Positions 38,914 through 48,391 of a stretch of 64,000 bases of DNA are shown piece after piece. This stretch comes from an uncultured Pedobacter sp. (GTDB lineage Bacteria > Bacteroidota > Bacteroidia > Sphingobacteriales > Sphingobacteriaceae): NCBI GenBank assembly GCA_966210515.1, contig CBIHLM010000003.1, forward strand, positions 14,215 to 78,214. Direction: 5' to 3'. The translations under genes were made by a program, and so were the position numbers. How positions within the stretch are numbered: position 1 is the stretch's first letter; the number at the start of each line of letters is the position of its first letter. A model generated the notes under the pieces. The model was not told where the DNA came from, ran no database searches, and was given only the letters and a program-made list of their open reading frames with translations.

Positions 38914-40188
38914 ATGAAAATCCTTTTACTTGGTTCTGGCGGAAGAGAAAGCACTTTTGCCTGGAAGATATCGCAAAGTCCATTATGTAAAGAATTGTAT
39001 ATTGCTCCGGGTAATGCCGGAACCGGTACTTATGGAAAAAATATCGATTTATCTGCCACTGATTTTAAAGGCATTCGTCACTTTGTTGTTGATAACGATA
39101 TTAACCTGGTAATTGTAGGGCCTGAGGAACCTCTTGTAAAAGGAATTCATGATTATTTCCTTGCACACGACGAACTTAAAAATATCCCTGTAATAGGACC
39201 TCAACAGGAAGGCGCACAACTTGAAGGAAGTAAAAACTTCTCGAAAGCATTTATGAGGCGTCATAATATCCCAACGGCCGCTTCAGCCTCATTCACGAAA
39301 AATTCTTTAAGCCAGGGACTATCATATTTAGAAACCCATAAATTACCGATAGTACTAAAAGCTGATGGTTTAGCAGCAGGAAAAGGCGTGTTAATTTGCC
39401 AGACTTTAGAAGAAGCTCAGACTGAATTAATAGCGATGCTTCAAGATGCTAAGTTCGGAGAAGCCAGCAGTACAGTAGTTATCGAAGAATTTCTTACCGG
39501 AATCGAACTATCTGTTTTCGTTTTAACAGACGGCATCAGCTATAAAATATTACCAGAAGCAAAAGATTATAAGCGCATCGGAGAAGGAGACACGGGATTA
39601 AACACCGGAGGAATGGGTTCTATTTCGCCCGTTCCGTTCGCGGATGCTGCCTTTATGAAGAAGGTAGAGGAAACGATTGTTATCCCTACCATTCATGGAC
39701 TTAAGGCCGATCACATCCCTTTTAAAGGATTTATTTTCATCGGTTTAATGAATGATAACGGGGAGCCTAATGTTATTGAATATAACGTGCGAATGGGCGA
39801 TCCGGAAACTGAAAGCGTTCTTCCACGCATAGAAAGCGACTTTCTGGATTTATTACTGGGGGTCGCGAATGAAAACCTTGCTGAGAAAGAACTAAAAATT
39901 TCTTCCAAAACGGCCGCAACCGTGATGCTTGTAGCGAGCGGTTATCCGGGCGAATACATGAAAGGAAAAGTAATATCAGGCCTTGAAAACATCCGGGAGT
40001 CGTATGTATTCCATGCCGGAACCCAGCTTGATGATAGTTTAATCAAAACATCAGGGGGACGAGTTCTTGCTATTACCTCTTTACAGGATACGATGTTTGA
40101 CGCCGTGCAACAAGCTGTCGCAGATGCTGGAAGGGTTTATTATGACGGTAGGTATTTCAGAACCGACATCGGTTTCGATCTACTATAA
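38914..40188 (+). CDS. purD: Phosphoribosylamine--glycine ligase
   Basis: GSGGRE, APGNAG, KADGLAAGKGV, GLNTGGMG and EYNVRMGDPE. Confidence 0.98.
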   Translation: MKILLLGSGGRESTFAWKISQSPLCKELYIAPGNAGTGTYGKNIDLSATDFKGIRHFVVDNDINLVIVGPEEPLVKGIHDYFLAHDELKNIPVIGPQQEGAQLEGSKNFSKAFMRRHNIPTAASASFTKNSLSQGLSYLETHKLPIVLKADGLAAGKGVLICQTLEEAQTELIAMLQDAKFGEASSTVVIEEFLTGIELSVFVLTDGISYKILPEAKDYKRIGEGDTGLNTGGMGSISPVPFADAAFMKKVEETIVIPTIHGLKADHIPFKGFIFIGLMNDNGEPNVIEYNVRMGDPETESVLPRIESDFLDLLLGVANENLAEKELKISSKTAATVMLVASGYPGEYMKGKVISGLENIRESYVFHAGTQLDDSLIKTSGGRVLAITSLQDTMFDAVQQAVADAGRVYYDGRYFRTDIGFDLL

Positions 40189-40190
40189 TA

Positions 40191-40224
40191 AGGAGAGCTC
40201 TGCAAATGCGGAGCTTTCCTCTTT
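40191..40224 (+). terminator. purD terminator
   Basis: AGGAGAGCTC-TGCAAATGCG-GAGCTTTCCT-CTTT stem-loop right after the stop. Confidence 0.75.
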
Positions 40225-40348
40225 ATCAACATTTCCCACATCTCTTCGGCTAACGAATTGATACATAGTTTGCTGTCAGATATAAATAGCACAATAAAAA
40301 GGATTTTTAATACTTTTGGCATATATTTATCCAAACGCTCCTTTGAAA

Positions 40349-40945
40349 ATGCACTCGAAAACCCTAATTATTCTACTGCTGCTTGTCGGAGGGGCGATGC
40401 CATCTTTTGCAATTAAGGGCAGAAATAATCTTCAGGATTCTATAAAACGGGTAACTATAAAAATAACTGCTACAGAAAAACCAAGAGTTTTAAATTTTGA
40501 CAGCCTTCTTCAGGATTCTCAAACAGCTAAAACTATCCGAACAGAAAAACCGAAAGGCATCAGAAAATCATTTGCTGGTAACGGCAGTTACTATAAAAAA
40601 GAGGCTTCTACAAATCAAACAAAAACAACACCAGCCGCACTACAAAAATCAGCTGTAAAGCCAATTCTAAAAGCAGGTCAAAACACAATTGCTGGTAAAA
40701 CTCAAGCGGTCGATAACAAACCATCTTTTGCAAAAAATAAACAGCAAATTGAAGAGACGCAGTTGGTTAGTGATCGCACAGAAGTTGATGAATCAACCAT
40801 AAAAACTTCCAGAACCTACCTCTGGGTAGGCTTCATGCTCATTATCGTGGGAATTATTTTGGGAATATTATTTGGGAAAAATGCCCTGCTGATATCTCTC
40901 GCAGGGCTGGTTTTCGTAGCGATCGGCTATTTAATTAACCATTAA
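40349..40945 (+). CDS. Hypothetical protein: signal peptide, K/T/Q-rich low-complexity middle, C-terminal TM hairpin
   Basis: ATG 40349, MHSKTLIILLLLVGGAMPSFA; ends YLWVGFMLIIVGIILGILF..LISLAGLVFVAIGYL. Confidence 0.65.
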   Translation: MHSKTLIILLLLVGGAMPSFAIKGRNNLQDSIKRVTIKITATEKPRVLNFDSLLQDSQTAKTIRTEKPKGIRKSFAGNGSYYKKEASTNQTKTTPAALQKSAVKPILKAGQNTIAGKTQAVDNKPSFAKNKQQIEETQLVSDRTEVDESTIKTSRTYLWVGFMLIIVGIILGILFGKNALLISLAGLVFVAIGYLINH

Positions 40946-42078
40946 TTCTTTCTATTTAAAATCTGATCAAGTGCGGCTTCTAACTGCTCGCCTCGTAAAT
41001 TTTTTGCCACTATTTTCCCTTCAGGATCAAGAAGAAAATTTTGCGGTATACCCGTCACATTATACATTACTGCCACCTCGTTCTTCCAGAAATTTAAGTC
41101 AGAAACGTGTGTCCAGGTTAACTTATCATCTTCAATCGCTTTAAGCCAGGCAGATTTAGCGCCGGGTCTGTCGAGCGAAATTCCCAGTACAGTAAAATTT
41201 TTGTCTTTAAACTGATTGTAAACCTTAACAACGTTTGGATTTTCTTGTCGGCAGGGGCCGCACCACGATGCCCAGAAATCCAGTAAAACGTATTTCCCTC
41301 TAAATTCACTAAGTCTTACCTGCCGGCCATCGACATTAGCCTGAGAAAATTCAGGTGCGACTGCGCCAATAGAAAGAGTTCTTTCTCTTTGAAATTTGTC
41401 GCTGATGATTTTTGCTGAAGGCATCTTTTTGATGTCGCTACCCAACAAGTTATATATAGAATCTATAAGCTTGTAATTCTGAGAGTACTCTGCAATTTCA
41501 GGCAGTAGTAAAAGACTCATAAACGTATTTGGATTTTTTCTGATAAAGTCTAACCTGATATTGTGTGTTTCTTTCTTATAAATCTCGTATGCATTCTGAA
41601 AAACAAGCTGAAGAGAATCACGATTTCCGCCATTCATCGCCTTCCGTTTCATTAATTCATAAAACTCATTGAATTCCTGGGTATTTGGTGCTGTTTTACT
41701 CAAATAAGCTTTAAAATCCTTGTCAGCCTTAGAACCTGTTACCTTAGCAGAAGAAAGTCTATCAGCAATAACAACATTTATGTTTCCCTTGTCAATCAAA
41801 AAGGAAAGGGCTGTTGTATCGGCCTTAGCTTCCTGGGTAAAGGACAAGAATGCCTGTTCTGGTTCTTCAATTTCTCCTTTTATTAAAAAAGTGCCATTTG
41901 CAACGGTTACAGGAACAGATTCCGGCTTCGGAGTACCGTACATTTTTATCCGGGTAAAGTATAATTTTTTACCTTGTAACTTCTGATCAATCGTTCCTTT
42001 TATCTCGAACTTTTGCTTTTGTGCAAATACAACAGAAAAAGACAAACAGAATAAAAGGAATAGAATTTTAAATTTCAT
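40942..42078 (-). CDS. TlpA/ResA-like thiol-disulfide oxidoreductase with DUF4369-like N-terminus
   Basis: VLLDFWASWCGPCRQENP and GIPQNFLLD; signal peptide VFA|Q. Confidence 0.92.
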   Translation of the reverse strand: MKFKILFLLFCLSFSVVFAQKQKFEIKGTIDQKLQGKKLYFTRIKMYGTPKPESVPVTVANGTFLIKGEIEEPEQAFLSFTQEAKADTTALSFLIDKGNINVVIADRLSSAKVTGSKADKDFKAYLSKTAPNTQEFNEFYELMKRKAMNGGNRDSLQLVFQNAYEIYKKETHNIRLDFIRKNPNTFMSLLLLPEIAEYSQNYKLIDSIYNLLGSDIKKMPSAKIISDKFQRERTLSIGAVAPEFSQANVDGRQVRLSEFRGKYVLLDFWASWCGPCRQENPNVVKVYNQFKDKNFTVLGISLDRPGAKSAWLKAIEDDKLTWTHVSDLNFWKNEVAVMYNVTGIPQNFLLDPEGKIVAKNLRGEQLEAALDQILNRKN

Positions 42079-42159
42079 AAGAGAATAAATTACTTAATGG
42101 CGTAAAGCCTGTATGAGCATTTTTTATTATGTTTTGCTGCCGAAGCAGGTTTCACTTTT

Positions 42160-43344
42160 CTAATTCAGCTTTTGATAAGTTCTCCACCACAAGTCAGGCA
42201 TCTCTCCTGAAACGGCAATTTGGTAATCTTCGTATCTGCAGGGCACTAAATGATAGCGTTCATTCTTCGAAGTTCCAACCGGATAAGGCACTTGCATCCA
42301 CCATCGATCAGTTTTTTTACTTTTTACAAATACCAGCTCATGTGTATTATCTTTTAATGATGCCCTATAAATAAGGTATTGCGATTTTGGCTGCAAAGGA
42401 AAATCCTTTTTACGATGATAAACCCCATCCACAAAATACCAGATCATTTGAGCCAGTAGCATCGCCGTTTGCCCGTTGGTATCATACGCAGGATTAAACT
42501 CATAAAAACCTATTGAGGTCAGTTTGTCATTCAGACCAGCATAGCGACAGATCTGACAAGCCTCCTCTCCATAAAAGCCGTTAGGTCCTGCATTGGCGTT
42601 ACCTCCGGCATCTGAAGAACGAATGGCCGCCATATCAAAACTTAAAAGATTGGCATTTCGGATTATAGGTTCGGAAACTGAAATATTACCCGAAAACTCG
42701 CCGAGCCGATGAACATCGAACAATAATTTCTCCATAACTCTTAAACTGTCCTGATTTACATAATAGGTTTGATAACCGATATTGCTGTAGTTAAACAGAT
42801 AGTTAGGCTGATGAAGTAAAATTTTATTGAGATAAGATGTTGAACCTGTTTCTATAGTATTATCGTGTACCGAATCATCCAGATCGAACTTAGGATCAAC
42901 GATAACCAGATCAACTTTCTGCTCTAAAGATTCGTATGCGAGATACTGAGCATAGGTCAGATCCTGCCCACCTCCTATAATCAACGGCACGATATCTTTC
43001 TTAACCAGTTCGGCTACAACCGTTTTTACCGCGAAATAAGTATCGGAAACGGTATTTCCGGCCTTAATATTTCCTAAATCGACCATCCGGATATTATATG
43101 TTCCCTGGTAAAGGGAGTATAGTTTCTCGCGAACATAATCCGGCCCCAGAGCACAACCCTGGTTGTCAATGGAATTTCTATCTTCAAGAACGCCTATGAT
43201 GGCGATATCAAAAGTTTGGGTCTCCAGATCGGGGAATTCATGTATATAAATCTCGACCTGCGATCCAAGTTGACTTGTAAAAAACACCTCACGAACACTT
43301 ACTTTATTTGAATCTACAGGTGAAAAAAAATCGGCTAAAGACAT
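42160..43344 (-). CDS. Arginase/formimidoylglutamase-fold protein with degenerate metal site
   Basis: Ureohydrolase scaffold (VREKLY, DLGNI, GGGQD, PNGFYGEEACQI, EFNP); start reassigned to ATG 43344. Confidence 0.8.
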   Translation of the reverse strand: MSLADFFSPVDSNKVSVREVFFTSQLGSQVEIYIHEFPDLETQTFDIAIIGVLEDRNSIDNQGCALGPDYVREKLYSLYQGTYNIRMVDLGNIKAGNTVSDTYFAVKTVVAELVKKDIVPLIIGGGQDLTYAQYLAYESLEQKVDLVIVDPKFDLDDSVHDNTIETGSTSYLNKILLHQPNYLFNYSNIGYQTYYVNQDSLRVMEKLLFDVHRLGEFSGNISVSEPIIRNANLLSFDMAAIRSSDAGGNANAGPNGFYGEEACQICRYAGLNDKLTSIGFYEFNPAYDTNGQTAMLLAQMIWYFVDGVYHRKKDFPLQPKSQYLIYRASLKDNTHELVFVKSKKTDRWWMQVPYPVGTSKNERYHLVPCRYEDYQIAVSGEMPDLWWRTYQKLN

Positions 43345-43536
43345 TTGATTTATTTGATATGAAACAGGCCAGGACAAATTGATCCCTGAATCAAAGATCA
43401 AATTAAAATGTTAATTTCAGTAATGAAACTTGTTTTTCATGCGATCCACCTACTGTTTATCCAGCCTTATTAATGATTAAACAAACCTTGCTTAAAAATT
43501 ATGTAAGTTTGAATCCAATTTCAAAACCCATCTTGG

Positions 43537-44508
43537 ATGATATTGGTTACGGGTGCTACCGGATTTTTAGGTTCTGAATTAGTTAGACAATTGCTTGATA
43601 AAGGCGAACAGATTCGTGCATTGAAACGGGCATCTTCCGAAATCCCCGCCATCTTACATAATCAGCCTGCGTTGGAATGGTTTGAAGCCGACATTCTCGA
43701 TTATTTTGCGCTTGAACAGGCTTTTGAGAACATTACTCATGTGTATCATGGTGCAGCTTTACTTTCCTTCGCTGCAGAAGACAAAAAAAAACAATTACGA
43801 ATTAACAAAGAGGGCACATACCATATAGTAAATCTGTGTCTGGAAAAAAATATCAAAAAGTTAGTTCACGTAAGTTCGGTTGCAGCGCTTGGGGAATCCA
43901 AAGCCGGGCTTCCTGTCACCGAAAACAATCACTGGGAATTTAACGGCACACAACAGGGATATTCAATTTCAAAGTATGAAAGCGAAATGGAAGTGTGGAG
44001 GGCGATGGCTGAAGGGTTAAATGCCGTTATTGTAAACCCGTCGATAATTATAGGCAAGAATGCCGGAACCTCAGGCAGTGGGCAAATTTTTGAATCCGTC
44101 AGAAAAGGATTAAAGTTTTATACCTGCGGCAGCAACGGATTCGTGGATGTGGAGGATGTGGCCCGGGCGATGATCGCACTTATGGAAAGTGATATCTGCG
44201 GAGAACGTTTTGTAATAAACGCTAAAAACTGGAGTTTAAAAGACGTTTTAACTGAAGCTGCCGAAGCTTTTCATGTTAAGCCTCCGCGCATTGAAGCCAA
44301 ACCATGGATGATGGAACTTGGCTGGCGTGGCGCAGAATTACTTTCGTTGATAAACGGCAAAAAATACGGCCTTACCAAAGATACCGCCCGCAATGCTTTT
44401 AAAAAATCAGCGTACTCTTCCGAGAAATTTCGCGATTTTTTTCCTGATTTTGAATTCAAACCTATTAAAATCAGCATTAAAGAGGCTTGCGATGCACTAA
44501 ACAAATAA
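43537..44508 (+). CDS. NAD-dependent epimerase/dehydratase (extended SDR)
   Basis: ILVTGATGFLG, HVSSVAA and YSISK (YxxxK). Confidence 0.9.
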   Translation: MILVTGATGFLGSELVRQLLDKGEQIRALKRASSEIPAILHNQPALEWFEADILDYFALEQAFENITHVYHGAALLSFAAEDKKKQLRINKEGTYHIVNLCLEKNIKKLVHVSSVAALGESKAGLPVTENNHWEFNGTQQGYSISKYESEMEVWRAMAEGLNAVIVNPSIIIGKNAGTSGSGQIFESVRKGLKFYTCGSNGFVDVEDVARAMIALMESDICGERFVINAKNWSLKDVLTEAAEAFHVKPPRIEAKPWMMELGWRGAELLSLINGKKYGLTKDTARNAFKKSAYSSEKFRDFFPDFEFKPIKISIKEACDALNK

Positions 44509-44554
44509 CAGGTTTACTACCTTTGCAGCAATTTAAGGAACCTTCCCAACAATA

Positions 44555-45847
44555 ATGAAGAATTACTACATCATAGATTTCGATAGTACGTTTACCCAGG
44601 TTGAAGCATTAGATGAGTTGGCTCGAATTTCATTAAAAGATAATCCGAACCGCGAAGCTATTTATAAAGAAATTGAAGATCTTACCAATGCCGCCATGGA
44701 AGGCAGACTGTCTTTCCGCGAAAGCTTAACTCAGCGGGTTAAAGTTCTTCAGGCAAATCGCGATCATTTAAAGTTACTAGTAAGCCGTTTAAAAAAACTT
44801 GTCTCTTCATCATTTTCAAGAAACAGGACCTTTTTTAAAAACCATGCGGATGATGTTTTGATAGTTTCCGGTGGATTCAAAGAGTTTATTACACCCGTAG
44901 TTCTTCCCTATCATATTAAAAAAGAAAATATTTACGCAAATACCTTTTTGTTCGATGTGGACGGCAATATTGTTGGATACGACGACAGCAATCCTCTTTC
45001 TGAAGAAGGCGGAAAAGTTAAGCTCTTAAAACAGCTGAAACTTGAAGGAGATATTTTTGGTATTGGTGATGGTTATTCAGATTTTCAGTTAAAAGAATCG
45101 GGCTTAATTCAGAAGTTTTATGCATTTACTGAAAATATAGCCCGTCAGAGCATCCTTGAAAAAGCAGATCATGTTACTCCGAGCTTTGACGAGTTTTTAT
45201 ACATCAATCAATTACCCCGGGCAATTTCTTACCCTAAAAACAGAATTCTTTGTCTGATTGTGGGAGATGTCCCGGAAGAAACCATGCAAATCTTGAAAAA
45301 AGATGGATTCTCGATCCGTCATAAAACAAGCTTTGAGGAAAAATACGTCGCCGATGTGGGAATGCTTATATTAGCTAATGGTGAAAAAATTGAAGATGAG
45401 CAATTAAAACAAGCTGTTAAGCTGAAAACAATAGGCTATTTAGGAAACAGCAAACAAAAACTTTCGCATAAAATTGCGACTGAGATGGGCATTGTTATTT
45501 TCGACGACCCTAAACACAATCCGAGAAATGCGCAGTTCATTTCAAAGCGCGTAGCGGACTTCATAAACAGAGGTGATACTTATTTAAGTTCAAACTTTCC
45601 AAATCTGCAATTACCGAAAGTGGCACATGCTCATCGCCTTATCCACATTCATAAAAACGTACCCGGAATAATGGCCCAGATAAATCAGATCTTCGCCAAT
45701 CACAAAATAAATATTGTGAGTCAGTTTTTAATGACTAATTCACACATCGGTTATGCAATCACCGATGTGAGCGACCAGTACGATAAACAAGTTTTAAAGG
45801 AGCTGAAAGAGATTTCAAACACGATTAAATTTAGAATATTGTATTAA
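44555..45847 (+). CDS. HAD-IB phosphoserine phosphatase fused to a vestigial SerA substrate-binding lobe and an ACT domain
   Basis: HAD motifs DFDST, VSGG, GGK and GDGYSD; then SYPKNRI..GIVIFDDPKHNPRN joined directly to RVADFINRG..NFPNLQLP..HRLIHIHKNVPG..IKFRILY (SerA C-terminus and ACT). Confidence 0.85.
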   Translation: MKNYYIIDFDSTFTQVEALDELARISLKDNPNREAIYKEIEDLTNAAMEGRLSFRESLTQRVKVLQANRDHLKLLVSRLKKLVSSSFSRNRTFFKNHADDVLIVSGGFKEFITPVVLPYHIKKENIYANTFLFDVDGNIVGYDDSNPLSEEGGKVKLLKQLKLEGDIFGIGDGYSDFQLKESGLIQKFYAFTENIARQSILEKADHVTPSFDEFLYINQLPRAISYPKNRILCLIVGDVPEETMQILKKDGFSIRHKTSFEEKYVADVGMLILANGEKIEDEQLKQAVKLKTIGYLGNSKQKLSHKIATEMGIVIFDDPKHNPRNAQFISKRVADFINRGDTYLSSNFPNLQLPKVAHAHRLIHIHKNVPGIMAQINQIFANHKINIVSQFLMTNSHIGYAITDVSDQYDKQVLKELKEISNTIKFRILY

Positions 45848-45907
45848 AATCCAGAATGGAAGGGTTGAAAATAGCTACGAGTGTAATTCTTTTCAGAAAT
45901 TAATAGG

Positions 45908-47164
45908 ATGTATTCCAGAACTCACCTCCACATCCTTTCATTTACACTGAAATGGTTTTTGTTAGCCGGAGTTGTGGGAATTATATCTGGAAGCGCCTCT
46001 GCATTTTTCCTGATAGCATTAGATTGGGTTACTAACTACAGAGAAACTACATCTTGGATCTATTATCTTTTACCCGTAATAGGCTTGCTGATAGGGCTTT
46101 TGTACCACTACTTCGGTAAAACGGTAGAAAAAGGGAATAATCAGATAATCGACGAAATCACACAGCCTCAAAAACGGCTTCCCTGGCATATGGCGCCGCT
46201 GGTGTTAATCGGTACACTTCTAACACATTTGGGCGGAGGATCGGCAGGACGCGAAGGCACCGCAGTTCAAATGGGAGGCTCTCTCGCTGATCAGCTGAAT
46301 CATATATTTCCCTTTAATGCCCGCGACAGAAAAATACTGCTCATTTGCGGAATCAGCGGAGGCTTCGCATCCGTATTCGGAACACCACTAGCAGGAACAG
46401 TTTTCGCACTCGAGGTTTATATCATCGGAAGGATGCGATATGAAGCCCTGATTCCATCACTATTTGCAGCGATTATTGCCGACATTATTTGCTCAACGTG
46501 GGGAGCAACACATCTTCATTATTCCATTCAATCGGTAACAGACATCTCATTCCAAAACCTTCTGATTGCAGTACTAGCGGGTGTTATGTTTGCCTTTGCA
46601 GGATCGATGTTCAATAAATTGACCCCGTTTCTCAAAGGATTTTTTGATAAAATCCCTTACCCGCCTTTACGTCCTTTTGTGGGAGGAATTATTGTTTTAC
46701 TGTTTCTTTTCGGCCTGAACGACTTCAGACTTGCCGGCCTTGGAATACCGACTATCGTTGAAAGTTTTACCAGCCCACAGCCGGGTTATCTTTTTTTTCT
46801 AAAGATTTTATTGACGGCCATTACTCTTAGTTCAGGCTTTAAGGGTGGCGAGGTGACTCCGCTCTTCTTTATAGGCGCAACATTAGGAAGTGCACTTTCC
46901 ATCCTCCTGCCCTTACCAACAGATCTATTAACAGCCATGGGCTTTGTCGCTGTGTTTGCTGCTGCAGCAAACACTCCGCTGGCCTGCGTTTTCATGGGCA
47001 TTGAGTTGTTTGGAAGTCAGCATGCTCTGTTTATCGCGATTGCATGTTTTATTGCGTATCTGTTTTCCGGACATAGCGGAATCTATAGTTCACAGATTAT
47101 TGGCTCGCCTAAGCATCTTCTTTGGACCCGCCACAAGGGGAAAAATCTAAAAGATGTAAAATAA
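45908..47164 (+). CDS. eriC: CLC family anion transporter, fluoride/H+ antiporter (CLC-F) type
   Basis: GNNQI, GREGT and GEVTP signatures, matching the CLC-F clade consensus GNNLI/GREGT/GEVTP. Confidence 0.85.
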   Translation: MYSRTHLHILSFTLKWFLLAGVVGIISGSASAFFLIALDWVTNYRETTSWIYYLLPVIGLLIGLLYHYFGKTVEKGNNQIIDEITQPQKRLPWHMAPLVLIGTLLTHLGGGSAGREGTAVQMGGSLADQLNHIFPFNARDRKILLICGISGGFASVFGTPLAGTVFALEVYIIGRMRYEALIPSLFAAIIADIICSTWGATHLHYSIQSVTDISFQNLLIAVLAGVMFAFAGSMFNKLTPFLKGFFDKIPYPPLRPFVGGIIVLLFLFGLNDFRLAGLGIPTIVESFTSPQPGYLFFLKILLTAITLSSGFKGGEVTPLFFIGATLGSALSILLPLPTDLLTAMGFVAVFAAAANTPLACVFMGIELFGSQHALFIAIACFIAYLFSGHSGIYSSQIIGSPKHLLWTRHKGKNLKDVK

Positions 47165-47255
47165 CACCATTTATTAACGAGATAATCTAAAAAGCTTTAT
47201 CATTAAATCGCTCAAATTCTGTTTCTTTGTATGATTTTTATTAAAGCCTGGCACC

Positions 47256-48320
47256 GTGTCACATACACTTGATATCAAGATTACCAAAACTTCAGCTTCG
47301 CGCTTAAAAGAAACAGATTTTAACGACCTGCCTTTCGGACGTATATTTTCCGATCATATGTTTGTTGCTGATTACGCAGATGGCAAATGGCAGAATTTTC
47401 AAATCATGCCTTACGGCGATTTATCGCTAAGTCCGGCGATAGCATCTTTACACTACGGGCAAACTTTTTTCGAAGGATTGAAGGCATATAAACACCCTGA
47501 TGGAAAAGTTGTAGTATTTCGTCCGGATAAAAATGCGGAACGTTTTAATCTTTCTGCCCAGCGCATGTGCATGCCGGAATTACCTGCCGAAATCTTCCTT
47601 CAAAGTATTGCATCATTGGTAAATCTAGATAAAGACTGGATTCCGACATCACCTGGTACCTCGCTGTACATTCGCCCATACATGTTTGCTACCGATCCTT
47701 ACCTTGGAGTGCAACCATCAAAGACATACAAATACATCATTTTAACTTGCCCGGTCGGGGCGTATTTCAGTAAGCCCTTAAAAGTTAAAGTCGAAACTAA
47801 ATATTCGCGTGCAAGCGAGGGCGGCTTTGGCTTTGCCAAAACAGGCGGTAATTACGGAGGCTCATTATATCCGGCCCAGGAAGCACTGAAAGAAGGATTC
47901 GACCAAATAATATGGACAGACGGCCGCGACCATGCCTACATTGAAGAACTTGGGGCTGCGAATGTTATGTTTATGATCGATGGAACGCTTATAACGCCGT
48001 CTACACGCGATACTATTTTAAAAGGAGTTACACGCGACACCGTGTTGACTTTGGCCCGTAAATGGAGTATTCCAATAGAAGAACGCCGCGTTTCTGTAGC
48101 AGAAGTTATTGAAGGACTGAAAAACGGGAAGTTAACAGAAGCATTCGGCGCAGGAACAGCTGCTACAATCGCTCCGATTGCGAGTATCGGTTACGAGGGG
48201 TCGGTGTATACACTGCCGGATCAATCAAAAGCAGAATTCTCTAATAAGGTGCTTAAAACATTAAACGATATGCGTTATGGCTTGAGCCCGGATGAGTTTG
48301 GCTGGAACTACGTTATATAA
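47256..48320 (+). CDS. ilvE: Branched-chain amino acid aminotransferase
   Basis: LHYGQTFFEGLKAY, AKTGGNY, EELGAANV and ILKGVTR; GTG start. Confidence 0.95.
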   Translation: MSHTLDIKITKTSASRLKETDFNDLPFGRIFSDHMFVADYADGKWQNFQIMPYGDLSLSPAIASLHYGQTFFEGLKAYKHPDGKVVVFRPDKNAERFNLSAQRMCMPELPAEIFLQSIASLVNLDKDWIPTSPGTSLYIRPYMFATDPYLGVQPSKTYKYIILTCPVGAYFSKPLKVKVETKYSRASEGGFGFAKTGGNYGGSLYPAQEALKEGFDQIIWTDGRDHAYIEELGAANVMFMIDGTLITPSTRDTILKGVTRDTVLTLARKWSIPIEERRVSVAEVIEGLKNGKLTEAFGAGTAATIAPIASIGYEGSVYTLPDQSKAEFSNKVLKTLNDMRYGLSPDEFGWNYVI

Positions 48321-48334
48321 TCCGATTACTTAAA

Positions 48335-48362
48335 CGCAGACAGCAATTAGAAGTTGTCTGCG
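48335..48362. terminator. Hairpin between convergent ilvE and pectinesterase
   Basis: CGCAGACAGC-AATTAGAA-GTTGTCTGCG. Confidence 0.75.
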
Positions 48363-48391
48363 CTCTTTCCCATCCGACTTTATGGTTAGTA

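Noticed and set aside
45848-45907. Fluoride riboswitch upstream of the CLC gene
   Set aside because: No GGnGAUGG..UCnCC or GCUGAUGAC core, and the gap is too short.
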